Shown here: positions 8,536-18,154 of the stretch, piece after piece
Numbering within the stretch: position 1 is the stretch's first letter
Layout: every line of letters begins with the position of its first letter
Source: a virus
Taxonomy: Duplodnaviria > Caudoviricetes
Direction: 5' to 3' (one strand)
Length of the DNA stretch: 64,000 bases
IMG/VR virus record: IMGVR_UViG_3300046557_000242
Coordinates: 1,593 to 65,592 of that record
Notes under the pieces: model-generated
The model's input: the letters and a program-made list of their open reading frames with translations, nothing else
What the model was told of the DNA's origin: nothing
The model's database searches: none
Translations under genes and position numbers: made by a program

Positions 8536-10557
8536 ATGGACTTCACCCTGTTCAAGCACGCCGTTGCGAAGCAGTTCAAGAAGATGAGCGCCGGCCAGCT
8601 CTTCTGCACCGATGTCGAGAAGGATGACCTCTGGGCCACCTATCTCGGCAGCTTCCCGGCCGGAACCAATCCAACCTTCCGTGAGCGCACCGAGCACGAT
8701 TGCAGCTGCTGCCGCCAGTTCATCCGCGCGGTCGGCAACGTCGTCGCGGTCGTCGACGGCAAGCTCGTCAGCATCTGGGACGGCAAGCTCAGCGACCCCA
8801 CCTACGGCGCCGTCTCCGCTGCGATGGCCGAGCTGGTCAAGTCGAAGCCGATCGCCAACGAGTTCCTGTCGGTCGAACCGAGCGCCGGTACCGACAAGAA
8901 CTTCGAGGAGATGGTCAACAAGGTCCAGACCTGGGAGCACTTCCACGTCAAGATCCCCGACTCCTTCCGCTCCGCTGGTGCCCAGCTCGGCACCCGGCTG
9001 GGTGACACCCGCTCGTCGTACGACGTGTTCAAGCGCGGCCTGACCGAGCTGACGATCGACGCCCTCGACACGGTGCTCGAACTGATCGGCCAGAACTCGC
9101 TCTACCGCGGAGCCGAGTTCAAGTTCATGATCGACGCCTTCCGCAAGGCGAAGTTCGCGTTCGATGTCCTGCCCGAGGATCAGCGCGATTCGTGGATCTG
9201 GATGGCGGTCAAGTCGAACCCCGGCTCCGTCACCCGCATCCGCAACACCGGGATCGGCACGCTGCTCATCGACCTGTCGGCCGGCATGGACCTGGAAGAG
9301 GCCGTCCGCAAGTTCGAGACGTCGATCATGGCGCCGTCGAACTACAAGCGCCCGACCGCGCTGGTCACTCCGGCTATGGTCGCCAAGGCGAAAGCCACGA
9401 TCCAGGCGCTCAACCTGACCTCTGCTCTGGATCGTCGCTACGCCAGGCTGACGGACATCTCTGCCGCCAACATCCTGTTCGCCGACAACGATGCCCGCAA
9501 GGTGATCAACGGCGACGTGTTCGACACGATCCAGACCAAGAAGGCCAGCCTCCGCAAGCTCGACAAGGTCGAGGAGATCGGCATCGAGAAGTTCCTCTCC
9601 GACGTCGTCCCCAACGCTCAGTCGATCGAGGTGATGTTCGAGAACCGGCACGTTAACAATCTGGTCAGCCTGATTGCTCCGGCCGATCCGACCGCTTCCG
9701 AGCTGTTCAAATGGGACAACAATTTCTCGTGGTCCTACAACGGCGACATGGCTGACGGCATCAAGGAGCGGGTCAAGAAGGCCGGCGGCAACGTGACCGG
9801 CGACCTGTGCTGCCGACTGGCGTGGTCGAACTACGACGACCTCGACTTCCACATGCGTGAGCCGCGCCGGGGTAGCCACATCTACTTCAGCGACAAGGTC
9901 TCGCTGGTAACCGGTGGCCGCCTCGACGTCGACATGAACTGCGGCGGCGGCACGACCCGAGAGCCGGTCGAGAACATCTTCTACGGCGATCGGCGCAAGA
10001 TGATCGAGGGCGAATACCTGCTCCAGGTGCATCAGTTCGCACGACGCGAGACCACCAACGTCGGGTTCGAGGTCGAGATCGACTACCTCGGTCAAGTCTG
10101 GAGCTTCGTCTACGACAAGGCGCTCCGCGACAAGGAGACGGTGACGGTCGCCACGCTGCGGTACAGCCACGCCAAGGGGCTGGAGATCGTCAGCTCACTG
10201 CCGTCCACCACGCGAAGCAAGAAGGTCTGGGGCCTCGCGACCCAGGACTTCCACAAGGTCAACACCCTGATGCTGTCTCCGAACTATTGGGGCGGTGCCG
10301 GCGGCGTCGGCAACAAGCACTACTTCTTCATGCTCGACGGCTGTCTGAACGACGGCCAGGCGCGCGGCTTCTTCAACGAGTTCCTCCGCGAGGACCTCAC
10401 GCCGCACCGCAAGGTCATCGACATCGTCGGCTCGAAGATGAAGGCCGAGGCATCGGCCGACCAGGTCAGCGGCCTCGGGTTCTCCAGCACGCAGCGCGGA
10501 GAGCTTCTGGCCAAGGTGACCGGTAATTTCACCCGGACCGTCAAGGTCATCTTCTAA
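8536..10557 (+). CDS. Large conserved phage protein with CxCC motif and YfaP-like domain
   Basis: HDCSCCRQFIR; LAWSNYDDLDFH..EP, GRLDVDMN, PVENIF. Confidence 0.75.
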   Translation: MDFTLFKHAVAKQFKKMSAGQLFCTDVEKDDLWATYLGSFPAGTNPTFRERTEHDCSCCRQFIRAVGNVVAVVDGKLVSIWDGKLSDPTYGAVSAAMAELVKSKPIANEFLSVEPSAGTDKNFEEMVNKVQTWEHFHVKIPDSFRSAGAQLGTRLGDTRSSYDVFKRGLTELTIDALDTVLELIGQNSLYRGAEFKFMIDAFRKAKFAFDVLPEDQRDSWIWMAVKSNPGSVTRIRNTGIGTLLIDLSAGMDLEEAVRKFETSIMAPSNYKRPTALVTPAMVAKAKATIQALNLTSALDRRYARLTDISAANILFADNDARKVINGDVFDTIQTKKASLRKLDKVEEIGIEKFLSDVVPNAQSIEVMFENRHVNNLVSLIAPADPTASELFKWDNNFSWSYNGDMADGIKERVKKAGGNVTGDLCCRLAWSNYDDLDFHMREPRRGSHIYFSDKVSLVTGGRLDVDMNCGGGTTREPVENIFYGDRRKMIEGEYLLQVHQFARRETTNVGFEVEIDYLGQVWSFVYDKALRDKETVTVATLRYSHAKGLEIVSSLPSTTRSKKVWGLATQDFHKVNTLMLSPNYWGGAGGVGNKHYFFMLDGCLNDGQARGFFNEFLREDLTPHRKVIDIVGSKMKAEASADQVSGLGFSSTQRGELLAKVTGNFTRTVKVIF

Positions 10558-10570
10558 GGAAAGGACTACC

Positions 10571-10975
10571 ATGGACTTGTTTGAGAAAGCATCCCGCCTG
10601 AAGCTCCGCTTTGCTTCGGTGGTCGGCCCCCTGTCGGTCGAGCAGCTGTGGGATCTTCCGATCACCACCAAGGCGAAGAACGCAGCCGATCTCGCTGGCA
10701 TCGCTCGCAACCTGAACCAGCAGTTGAAGGCCAGCAGCGACGACGATCTGCCGTTCCTGTCCACCGGCAAGAAGGCGGATAGCGACACCCAGCTCGCCTT
10801 CGACATCGTCCGGCACGTCGTCGAGGCGAAGCAGGCGGAGGCCGCGAAGGCTGCCGAGACCGCGTCCAACCGCGAGAAGAAGCAGCAGATCCTGGCGCTG
10901 ATCGCCGCCAAGGAGATCGAGGAGCAGGCCGGCAAGTCGCTCGAAGACCTCCGCAAGCTCGCCGCCGAGCTGTAA
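10571..10975 (+). CDS. Conserved phage coiled-coil protein
   Basis: FEKASRLKLRF...LSVEQLWDLP; AAGGA RBS. Confidence 0.8.
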   Translation: MDLFEKASRLKLRFASVVGPLSVEQLWDLPITTKAKNAADLAGIARNLNQQLKASSDDDLPFLSTGKKADSDTQLAFDIVRHVVEAKQAEAAKAAETASNREKKQQILALIAAKEIEEQAGKSLEDLRKLAAEL

Positions 10976-10983
10976 TCGACACC

Positions 10984-11019
10984 TGGCCGGGTGGCTCATG
11001 CTGCCCGGCCATTTGTTTG
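10984..11019 (+). terminator. Intrinsic terminator overlapping a TTGC-box variant (11013-11026)
   Basis: TGGCCGGGTGGC/GCTGCCCGGCCA stem then TTTGTTTG. Confidence 0.7.
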
Positions 11020-11039
11020 TCTGCAAATCAGGAACATCA

Positions 11040-11369
11040 ATGCCACCCGCCCCTTTCCTAACCGCGTTCGAACGAAGGTTCGGACCTGCTCTACAGACCT
11101 TCTTCGAGGGCTGTCAGCGCATCAACTACGAGCACATGCAGAAGAACTATCCCAGTCTGACCAAGCCGGTCTTCAAGCTCGAAGAACTGAAGGTCCGCTG
11201 GCGCATCCGCCGCGACGGCAGTGTTCACGCCTTCGTCGACAAGAACACTGGAGACGTCCTGATGCCGGCGAGCTGGTCCAAGCCGGCCAAGCATGCTCGG
11301 GGAAACATCTTCGACGAGCACAACGGCCTCGCCAACATGGGCATATACGGCCCAGCCTATTTGAGGTGA
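11040..11369 (+). CDS. Conserved phage hypothetical protein
   Basis: HAFVDKNTGDV..PASW.KPAKHARGNI motif typical of phage ORFs. Confidence 0.75.
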   Translation: MPPAPFLTAFERRFGPALQTFFEGCQRINYEHMQKNYPSLTKPVFKLEELKVRWRIRRDGSVHAFVDKNTGDVLMPASWSKPAKHARGNIFDEHNGLANMGIYGPAYLR

Positions 11370-11372
11370 TCC

Positions 11373-11618
11373 ATGAAGACGTTCGATCTCGAAGTTTCAT
11401 TCCTGATGTCCTGCGTCACAACGGGTTACACGATCCGGGCTGAGGACAAGGACGACGCGAAGCGCAAGATCGCCGAGTGCATCGACAAGGACGGCCAGTT
11501 CGACTTCAAGAAGTTCGAAGAGATCGGCGGCCGGACCGGAGGCTGGGACATCAGGAACGGCACCGACCACGGATACGAGCTGACCGACCCGGACAGCATC
11601 AAGCAGACCTATGACTGA
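11373..11618 (+). CDS. Hypothetical protein
   Basis: 81 aa, GAGG RBS. Confidence 0.65.
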   Translation: MKTFDLEVSFLMSCVTTGYTIRAEDKDDAKRKIAECIDKDGQFDFKKFEEIGGRTGGWDIRNGTDHGYELTDPDSIKQTYD

Positions 11619-11626
11619 AGAGGAGG

Positions 11627-12052
11627 ATGAAGATGAAGAAGACGCTTACTAAGCTGCAGGAGCGCATCGTCGCTCGCGTGATCTCCGACCCTATGAACAC
11701 GCTGTACCTGTCGAAAGGCTACGTCAACTCGGCGAAGAGCCTGATCGACAAGGGACTGATCGATCGTCACTGCTACGGCTCAATGATCCAGTCCCAGTAC
11801 CTCACCCCCGAGATCAAGACGGTCTTCTTCGGCGAGAACGACGAGGTGTTCGCGATCCAGGACATCTACGACAATTGCTGGCTGATCTTCGAGAACCGCG
11901 AGCTGGTCGCCAAGCCGCGTTGCGAGGAGAAAGCGCACCGCATCGTCAAGGCACTGAAGGTGCTGCGCCAGCAGGAGATGCCTGGACTGGTCGCCAGCCT
12001 GGCACCGGAGCAGCAGCAGGAAGCGTTCAACAACGAGGCCGTCGACATCTAA
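11627..12052 (+). CDS. Hypothetical protein
   Basis: 141 aa, GAGGAGG RBS. Confidence 0.7.
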   Translation: MKMKKTLTKLQERIVARVISDPMNTLYLSKGYVNSAKSLIDKGLIDRHCYGSMIQSQYLTPEIKTVFFGENDEVFAIQDIYDNCWLIFENRELVAKPRCEEKAHRIVKALKVLRQQEMPGLVASLAPEQQQEAFNNEAVDI

Positions 12053-12076
12053 TTTGCATTTTCTGCAACTTTCTGT

Positions 12077-12090
12077 TTGCTTGAATGCAA
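12077..12090 (+). promoter_or_regulatory. TTGC-box
   Basis: Exact consensus; related TTGCATTTTCTGCAA just upstream. Confidence 0.8.
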
Positions 12091-12133
12091 GCGTGATGCT
12101 AACCGTCATTCACCAACGACCGAGACGAGGACC

Positions 12134-13720
12134 ATGCAAGCTCCATCAATTTGGGTTCCATCCCCGCAGCAGGCGGCGTTCCAGCAGGAAGCCTGGAACG
12201 GCACTAGCTCTCTGGTGCTGATCGCCGTGGCCGGCGCCGGCAAAACCACCACCATCCTCAAGACGGTGGAGCGCATGCGCGGCTCCTCCATCATCCTGTC
12301 CTTCAACAAGAAGATTGCTGAGGAGATCAAAGGCAAGCTTCAGCAGGCCGGCATCGACTGGAAGAAGGCCGAGGCCGCGACCGTTCACTCGATCGGCTTC
12401 CGGAATTACCGCAAGGCCTTCCCCAAGGTCCGCACGGTCAAGGAGAAGGTCGCCAACATCACCGAAGGTTGGATCGAGTCCAACAAGATCGGCCCTGAAC
12501 TGGCGTTCCACTGCTCCGTCGTCTGCCAGCTCGTCTCGCTTGCCAAGCAGAGCGGCGTTGGGATCGATGGCTACGGCCACATCGACGACACCTCAATCTG
12601 GGAGGACATCGTCGAGCACTTCGATCTGTTCGACAGCGAGGAACTGGCGAAGAAGGCCGACTCGCTGATCGAACTCGCGATCGAGGTTCTGAAAGAGTCC
12701 AATTCTGAGCCGGAGATCATCGACTTCGACGACATGATTTACCTGCCCCTGATCTACAGGATCAGGTTCTTCCAATACGACAACGTCTGGATCGACGAGG
12801 CACAGGACACCAACACGGTGCGCCGGCTGCTGGCCAAGTCGCTGATGAAGCCCCGCGCTCGTCTGTTCGCGGTCGGCGATCCCCACCAAGCCATCTACGG
12901 CTTCACGGGCGCCGACAACGACAGCATCGAGATCATCAAGCAGGACTTCAACGCCAAAGAGATGCCGCTGACGGTCACCTACCGGTGCCCCAAGTCGGTG
13001 GTCAAGATGGCGCAGTCCTGGGTCAACCACATCCAGGCTCACGAGTCCTCCCCGGAGGGATCGGTCACGCTGGAAGGCTTCGAGCAGATGATGCTCAACC
13101 CGGCTCGGCTGGACGGCGACTCCGCCATCCTCTGCCGCAACACTCGGCCGCTGGTCACTGCGGCGTTCGCTCTGATCCGCGCCAAGATCCCCTGCAGGAT
13201 CGAAGGCCGGGACATCGGCGAGCAGCTGAAGAAGCTTGCCACCCGTTGGAAGTCCATCGCCAACATCTCCGCGCTCGAAGAAAAACTCGAAGAGTGGTTG
13301 GAGAAGGAGCGGGCGAAGTGGCTGCCGAAGAAGAAGATGGCCAAGGTCCAGGAGGCCGAAGACAAGGTCGAGACGCTCAAGGTCGTGATGGATGCCTGCC
13401 GTGAGGCCAAGCTCCACAGGATCACTGACGTCGTCGCCTACATCGACAACATCTTCGCCGACAACGTGACCGGCATCCTGACGCTATCGACCATCCATCG
13501 GTCGAAGGGCCGGGAGTGGAAACGGGTCTACTGGCTCGACCGGTTCAACACCTGCCCTTCGAAGTACGCTTCGATGGACTGGGAGTTGGAGCAAGAGAAG
13601 AACCTACAGTACGTCGCAGCCACCCGGTCCATGGGCGAGCTGATCGACCTGCTGCCGCCGATGCCGAAGCAGAAGGCAGTCAACGACAACCAGAAGCAGC
13701 TGAAGGAGAAGGCAGCTTGA
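12134..13720 (+). CDS. UvrD/Rep-family SF1 helicase
   Basis: AGAGKTT Walker A, IDEAQD, VGDPHQAIYGF, TYRC, STIHRSKGREW, YVAATR. Confidence 0.92.
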   Translation: MQAPSIWVPSPQQAAFQQEAWNGTSSLVLIAVAGAGKTTTILKTVERMRGSSIILSFNKKIAEEIKGKLQQAGIDWKKAEAATVHSIGFRNYRKAFPKVRTVKEKVANITEGWIESNKIGPELAFHCSVVCQLVSLAKQSGVGIDGYGHIDDTSIWEDIVEHFDLFDSEELAKKADSLIELAIEVLKESNSEPEIIDFDDMIYLPLIYRIRFFQYDNVWIDEAQDTNTVRRLLAKSLMKPRARLFAVGDPHQAIYGFTGADNDSIEIIKQDFNAKEMPLTVTYRCPKSVVKMAQSWVNHIQAHESSPEGSVTLEGFEQMMLNPARLDGDSAILCRNTRPLVTAAFALIRAKIPCRIEGRDIGEQLKKLATRWKSIANISALEEKLEEWLEKERAKWLPKKKMAKVQEAEDKVETLKVVMDACREAKLHRITDVVAYIDNIFADNVTGILTLSTIHRSKGREWKRVYWLDRFNTCPSKYASMDWELEQEKNLQYVAATRSMGELIDLLPPMPKQKAVNDNQKQLKEKAA

Positions 13721-14088
13721 GGCTGAACTATCCGCACGGCAAGCCGCCAGAGGGTGTCGACGCTCTCTGGCGGTGCGAAGCCCAGAGCTATTCCTACGTG
13801 ATCGATGCCGATCGCGAGGAGTACGGGGTCACCGATCCACGCCTCGAAATGAGGTGGTATCCCGTCGACCGCAGGACGCCGAAGGGTGCCTGGGTGTGCG
13901 GTGAGTTTCAATTACTCACCGCGTTCAAGAAGAAGTTCTCGGAGTCCGAAGAGGGCGCGATCCGAGATTTCAAGGCCCGCAAAAACAAGCAGATCAAAAT
14001 CCTATCCAGGCAACTGGGCAGGGCTGAACAGGAGCTGGCGCTCACCGCGCCTAATCTCTTCGATTTGCGTGTCCCGAGAGTTGCATGA
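13717..14088 (+). CDS. Hypothetical protein
   Basis: TTGA overlap with helicase stop; RRTPKGAWV motif. Confidence 0.6.
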   Translation: MRLNYPHGKPPEGVDALWRCEAQSYSYVIDADREEYGVTDPRLEMRWYPVDRRTPKGAWVCGEFQLLTAFKKKFSESEEGAIRDFKARKNKQIKILSRQLGRAEQELALTAPNLFDLRVPRVA

Positions 14089-14094
14089 ATGCAA
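14081..14094 (+). promoter_or_regulatory. TTGC-box
   Basis: TTGCATGAATGCAA directly before AAGGAG RBS. Confidence 0.8.
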
Positions 14095-14108
14095 ACAAGG
14101 AGAGACCC

Positions 14109-14867
14109 ATGAACGGTTTCGTTCTTTATCGCGGCCCGTCCGAGGTGGACGGTGAGCCTATCGTCGTCATCGCAACCGGCCTTCTGACCGGCGGCAACAA
14201 CTCCAAAACCGGCAGCATGGTGCAGGTCTACATCCTGCGCTCCGACATGAGCCCGCTCACTGCAGTTCAAATCGGCGCTGACGTTTCCATCTGCGCCGGC
14301 TGCACCCACCGCGGCAAGGTCGTCACCGACCCGAAGACGGGCGAGCGCAAGAACGTCGGACGCTCCTGCTACGTCACCCTGTTCCAGGGCCCGCGCGTGG
14401 TCTGGGATGCGTTCTCCCGCGGCATCTATCCCGACATCCCGCTGGCCAAGGCGCGCAAGCTCCTGGCCCACCGCAAGGTCCGGCTGGGCGCGTACGGTGA
14501 TCCGGGTGCCGTGCCCTTCCACGTCTGGGAGCAGGCGCTCGATCTCGTGACCGAGCTGTCCGGCTACACCCACCTCTGGCGCCAGCATCCGACGCTGTCG
14601 GCATTTTGCATGGCCTCCTGCGACAGCGAGCAGGATCGCGAAGATGCCAAGGCTCTCGGCTTCCGCACCTTTCGTGTCCGCGGCAAGGACGATCCGAAGC
14701 TGATCGGCGAGGGCCACTGCCCTGCCTCCAAGGAGATGGGCAAGGCGACGCAGTGCGCTCAGTGCCTGCTCTGCGGCGGCTCCAGGTCACCCGCCAAGGC
14801 GGACATCACCATCATCGCTCACGGAGTCGGCGCGAAGAACTACGAACGCGCCAAGGAGGCAGCATGA
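14109..14867 (+). CDS. Cys-rich conserved phage protein (possible Fe-S/Zn enzyme)
   Basis: NSKTGSMVQ, CAGC..CYV, RLGAYGDP, GYTH, CPA..CAQCLLC, HG motifs. Confidence 0.7.
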   Translation: MNGFVLYRGPSEVDGEPIVVIATGLLTGGNNSKTGSMVQVYILRSDMSPLTAVQIGADVSICAGCTHRGKVVTDPKTGERKNVGRSCYVTLFQGPRVVWDAFSRGIYPDIPLAKARKLLAHRKVRLGAYGDPGAVPFHVWEQALDLVTELSGYTHLWRQHPTLSAFCMASCDSEQDREDAKALGFRTFRVRGKDDPKLIGEGHCPASKEMGKATQCAQCLLCGGSRSPAKADITIIAHGVGAKNYERAKEAA

Positions 14868-15046
14868 GCAGCAGGGGAGGTCCTTGGGACACCGAGCTGA
14901 TCGACGACGAGTTCGACGAAGCTACCATCGCCGAGGTCATCACCACCAGCAAAGGCGAGCGCAGATCTTCACCCCGGCGATCCGGGGAGCACAGGCGATC
15001 GAACCGCTTCACTGAAGACGGTTACGGCGAACTCGACTTCGCCTGA
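14864..15046 (+). CDS. Hypothetical protein
   Basis: ATGA overlap, GGAGG RBS. Confidence 0.5.
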   Translation: MSSRGGPWDTELIDDEFDEATIAEVITTSKGERRSSPRRSGEHRRSNRFTEDGYGELDFA

Positions 15047-15055
15047 GGAAGCATC

Positions 15056-15256
15056 ATGCCGAAAAAGAAGAAGACGTTCAGCGTCTACGGGGTCGTCACC
15101 GGCTCCAAGTACCTCGGAAGGTTCGAGGCCAACACGAAGGAGGAGGCGATCAAACTCGCCTCCGGAGAAGCCTCCGTCAGTCTCTGCCATCAGTGCAGTG
15201 ACGAATGCGAGGACCCAGAAATCCATGAAATTGTAGCTGAGGAAGTCAATGACTGA
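15056..15256 (+). CDS. Small Cys-containing hypothetical protein
   Basis: CHQCSDEC. Confidence 0.6.
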   Translation: MPKKKKTFSVYGVVTGSKYLGRFEANTKEEAIKLASGEASVSLCHQCSDECEDPEIHEIVAEEVND

Positions 15257-15638
15257 CACTACCACAGACGCCATCCCGCTGACTGTCAACGGGCTCACCT
15301 GGCGCAAGATCACCGATCAGATCGTCACTGCTATCGAGGGTGGCTCCGGCTACTGGTGCGGCAGCTTCAAGCCGGCAGATGGAAGCCCCATCAAGACCAA
15401 TGTCAGCCCTTGGTACGACGACGAGACGATCTGGGCTGGCGACTTCAGGATCGAGGTCGCTGACGCCGAGGACGGGACCAAGTTCTTCTTCACGCCGGAG
15501 TCGCTGAAGAAGGGATTGCAGTGGCTCGCAGACAATCAGCTCGGTCGTCTCGAAGAGATCATTAAGGAGACCGGCGACGCCGAGACCGCGGACGTTTTCC
15601 TCCAGGCCTGCGTGCTCGGGGACATCGTCTATGGATAG
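15249..15638 (+). CDS. Acidic conserved phage protein
   Basis: TAIEGGSGYW...ADVFLQ..VLGDIVYG. Confidence 0.7.
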   Translation: MTDTTTDAIPLTVNGLTWRKITDQIVTAIEGGSGYWCGSFKPADGSPIKTNVSPWYDDETIWAGDFRIEVADAEDGTKFFFTPESLKKGLQWLADNQLGRLEEIIKETGDAETADVFLQACVLGDIVYG

Positions 15639-15927
15639 GCAGTTCGACCACCGGCTCGGCCTGAACGAGGCCAGCGGGTTCAAACTCGGTCAGCGCGTGA
15701 CGCTGCTCGAAGAAACCACAGGATGCGATCACGACGACGTCGAGCACACCCTGCCCGTTGGCACTGACGGGCTGATCGAATGCATCGAGATGCTCGCCCC
15801 TCCGCAGAAGCTCACCTTCACGATCTGGATCCCCATCAACGAGCTGGAAGGCCGGGGAATCGTCAACGTGTTCGACGAGGGCGACGGCCCGATCAACAAC
15901 TTCATCAAAGCCAAGGAGACATCATGA
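15631..15927 (+). CDS. Hypothetical protein
   Basis: Coupled 98 aa ORF. Confidence 0.65.
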   Translation: MDRQFDHRLGLNEASGFKLGQRVTLLEETTGCDHDDVEHTLPVGTDGLIECIEMLAPPQKLTFTIWIPINELEGRGIVNVFDEGDGPINNFIKAKETS

Positions 15928-16106
15928 AGCCGAAGCCCATGCCCGCACTGTTCGTTGTGTGGGCGCTTTGCAAGCCTGGACCGAAGTGGCGCCAGGTTTC
16001 AATGGACCCGAAACCGCGCGCTGAGCTGGTCAGCGAAGTTCGTGACCAATGGGCACGAGGTCGTCAGGCGCAAATCCGACCTGTTCCGATTGCGCAGGTT
16101 GCGTAA
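15924..16106 (+). CDS. Hypothetical protein
   Basis: ATGA overlap, AAGGAG RBS. Confidence 0.55.
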   Translation: MKPKPMPALFVVWALCKPGPKWRQVSMDPKPRAELVSEVRDQWARGRQAQIRPVPIAQVA

Positions 16107-16134
16107 GCAAAAACTCTACGTTGCGGGAAAACAA

Positions 16135-16422
16135 ATGAGTGTCTATGTCCTCCACTTCGACCCGAGCTACAAGCATGCGGGTCACTACATCGGTTTCTGC
16201 GAGGATGACAGTCCGGACCGGAGACTTCAGCAGCACATGGCCGGGCGCGGATCGCCCCTGGTCAAGGCTGCTGTTGCCGCCGGCAGCCAGATACACGTCG
16301 CCCAGTTCTTTCCTGGAGCGTCGAGAACATTCGAGCGGACGCTGAAGAACAGGGGGAGCGCCAGGAAATGGTGCCCCGCCTGTGGCGTTGGAAGTCGTCC
16401 TGTCCCAGTTTGTGTTGAGTGA
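16135..16422 (+). CDS. Small GIY-YIG-like endonuclease
   Basis: VYVLHF...HYIG...RRLQQH..G; C-terminal CPAC. Confidence 0.7.
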   Translation: MSVYVLHFDPSYKHAGHYIGFCEDDSPDRRLQQHMAGRGSPLVKAAVAAGSQIHVAQFFPGASRTFERTLKNRGSARKWCPACGVGSRPVPVCVE

Positions 16423-16477
16423 ACCCACCGTGTCGACCTGCGAGAATGCGGTCTTAGCCATTTCGAGAGGTCAATAG

Positions 16478-16747
16478 ATGGCGCTCAGTTCAAAGAAGTT
16501 CCTCAAAGGAGAGGAAGTCAAAGCGTTTCGTATTTCACGCAACCTCACCCAGGCGGATCTGGCTGATTGGCTTGACCTAACCACCCAGGCAATCGGGAAG
16601 TACGAGGCCAACGGTGCCACCAAGACGACGGCGCTGGCGCTGGCGGCTATCGACCGCGGTCTGCGGCCCTTCAAGCCGACCAAGGCTGACCTCCATCTGG
16701 CGGCCAGCCGAGGACGCATGAAAGCACTGCGTAAGAAGGAGATCTGA
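16478..16747 (+). CDS. XRE-family HTH regulator
   Basis: FRISRNLTQADLADWLDLTTQAIGKYEANG. Confidence 0.85.
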   Translation: MALSSKKFLKGEEVKAFRISRNLTQADLADWLDLTTQAIGKYEANGATKTTALALAAIDRGLRPFKPTKADLHLAASRGRMKALRKKEI

Positions 16748-17130
16748 TGATGATGAAGAGTGACGTGGCCGCGCTAAAACGCCCGGCGGCGCGTCGACCA
16801 ATCAATGCCCACTTCAAGGATCGTTTGCCGCTCATCATGTCCGAGATTTGCGACTCTCTGATGGTGATCGAGCCGGCTATCGATCGGGTGCGGGTCCAGC
16901 TACGAGAGTTTCTGGACTACCTTGATTTCGAGATCCAGAAGACAGCGCTTGAGGTGCAGCGTCTGCGGTGGGAGCCGCAGGTCGACGTACCGGCTGTGAG
17001 TGAAGCGGAAGCCTGGCTGAAGCAGCTCGCTCAGCTTGAGGAGGACTTCAAGATCGACGTGATGACATCTCCGCCTGTAACGATCCGGAAGATGCTTGAT
17101 CGCGTGAACAAGATGTTCGAGTTGCAGTGA
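16747..17130 (+). CDS. Hypothetical protein
   Basis: Coupled to the XRE gene. Confidence 0.65.
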   Translation: MMMKSDVAALKRPAARRPINAHFKDRLPLIMSEICDSLMVIEPAIDRVRVQLREFLDYLDFEIQKTALEVQRLRWEPQVDVPAVSEAEAWLKQLAQLEEDFKIDVMTSPPVTIRKMLDRVNKMFELQ

Positions 17131-17155
17131 GGGCCGCCGATGGCGACCCTCTTTT
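17129..17155. terminator. Hairpin between convergent genes
   Basis: GAGGGCCGCC-GAT-GGCGACCCTC-TTTT. Confidence 0.6.
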
Positions 17156-17876
17156 AGATCCGCATGGTCATCGCAACGATAGCGATCTCCTTGATGTCGT
17201 CGAACTGAATTACTTCGTCCTCCTTCTCCGGGAGAGACTTCGACAGCTTCAGACCGTTCTCCGTGATGTCCAGCAGCAAGCGGACGCGAGTCTTCTCGCT
17301 CTTGTCGGTGAGCACCACGAGGTCACCGGGGACGGGATCGCGCCGCTTCGTGGCGTACATCAGGACGCCGGTTTTGAACCACATCCCGAGCGAGCTGTCT
17401 GGCATGTGAAAAGCGAACGCAGTCTCGTCACCCTCCAGCTGAGGCGGTGCCGGCACGTAGCCGTCACGGCGTGGTCCCGCAGCAGCAGACTGCAAGGCAG
17501 CCGGCAACGACGACACATGGCGCAGCTCCACGGTAGCCTGCCGAGCCGGCCGCAGGTTGACGCGACGGACATTCTCGGGCTCTCCGCCCTCGAAGTTGGC
17601 GGTACCGCCATCCCCCGCAGCTCCCAGCGCTTCCATGACCTTCTTCGGGATAGGGTAGCCCGATCCGGAGGCGATCTTCTGGAGCGTCGAGACAGTCGGG
17701 ACGAAGGGGTGCTTGGGGTTGTTGAGCAGACGCAGGATTGTGGACGGGGCCAGCTCGGCAGAGCGAGCGAGGTCGGTTCCCGTCCATTTCTTCCGGTCCA
17801 GAATGTGGTCGATCCACTCGATCACGATCTCTTTGGTGGTCTGTGCTTTTTTCATTTCAGTCGCTGACAATGCCAT
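17154..17876 (-). CDS. CI-like repressor (XRE HTH + S24-like C-terminal domain)
   Basis: WTGTDLARSAELAPSTILRL HTH; FAFHMPDSSL...PVPGDLVV. Confidence 0.75.
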   Translation of the reverse strand: MALSATEMKKAQTTKEIVIEWIDHILDRKKWTGTDLARSAELAPSTILRLLNNPKHPFVPTVSTLQKIASGSGYPIPKKVMEALGAAGDGGTANFEGGEPENVRRVNLRPARQATVELRHVSSLPAALQSAAAGPRRDGYVPAPPQLEGDETAFAFHMPDSSLGMWFKTGVLMYATKRRDPVPGDLVVLTDKSEKTRVRLLLDITENGLKLSKSLPEKEDEVIQFDDIKEIAIVAMTMRI

Positions 17877-18154
17877 TTGCGATCTTCCATTACCACGGTT
17901 CGCATAAAAAGTTCTTAGTGATCCCGAGCGGAATCGCGCTGTGTGCAATACTGGACATTCAATTGGTTCTAAAAAAGGTAGGGTCGTTTGCAGTCATCGA
18001 AGCCTCGTCCATCCCGTTTGCGTGGATGCTAACGAAGCCGAATACGATAGGTTTCTCGGGATTGCAAATGTTTTTTTGTTCCCTCTGCGTTCTCATTCGG
18101 AGAGGAAGCGTAATGATTTCAATAGCTTATATTGGGTAGACCGAACGCGGGTTA

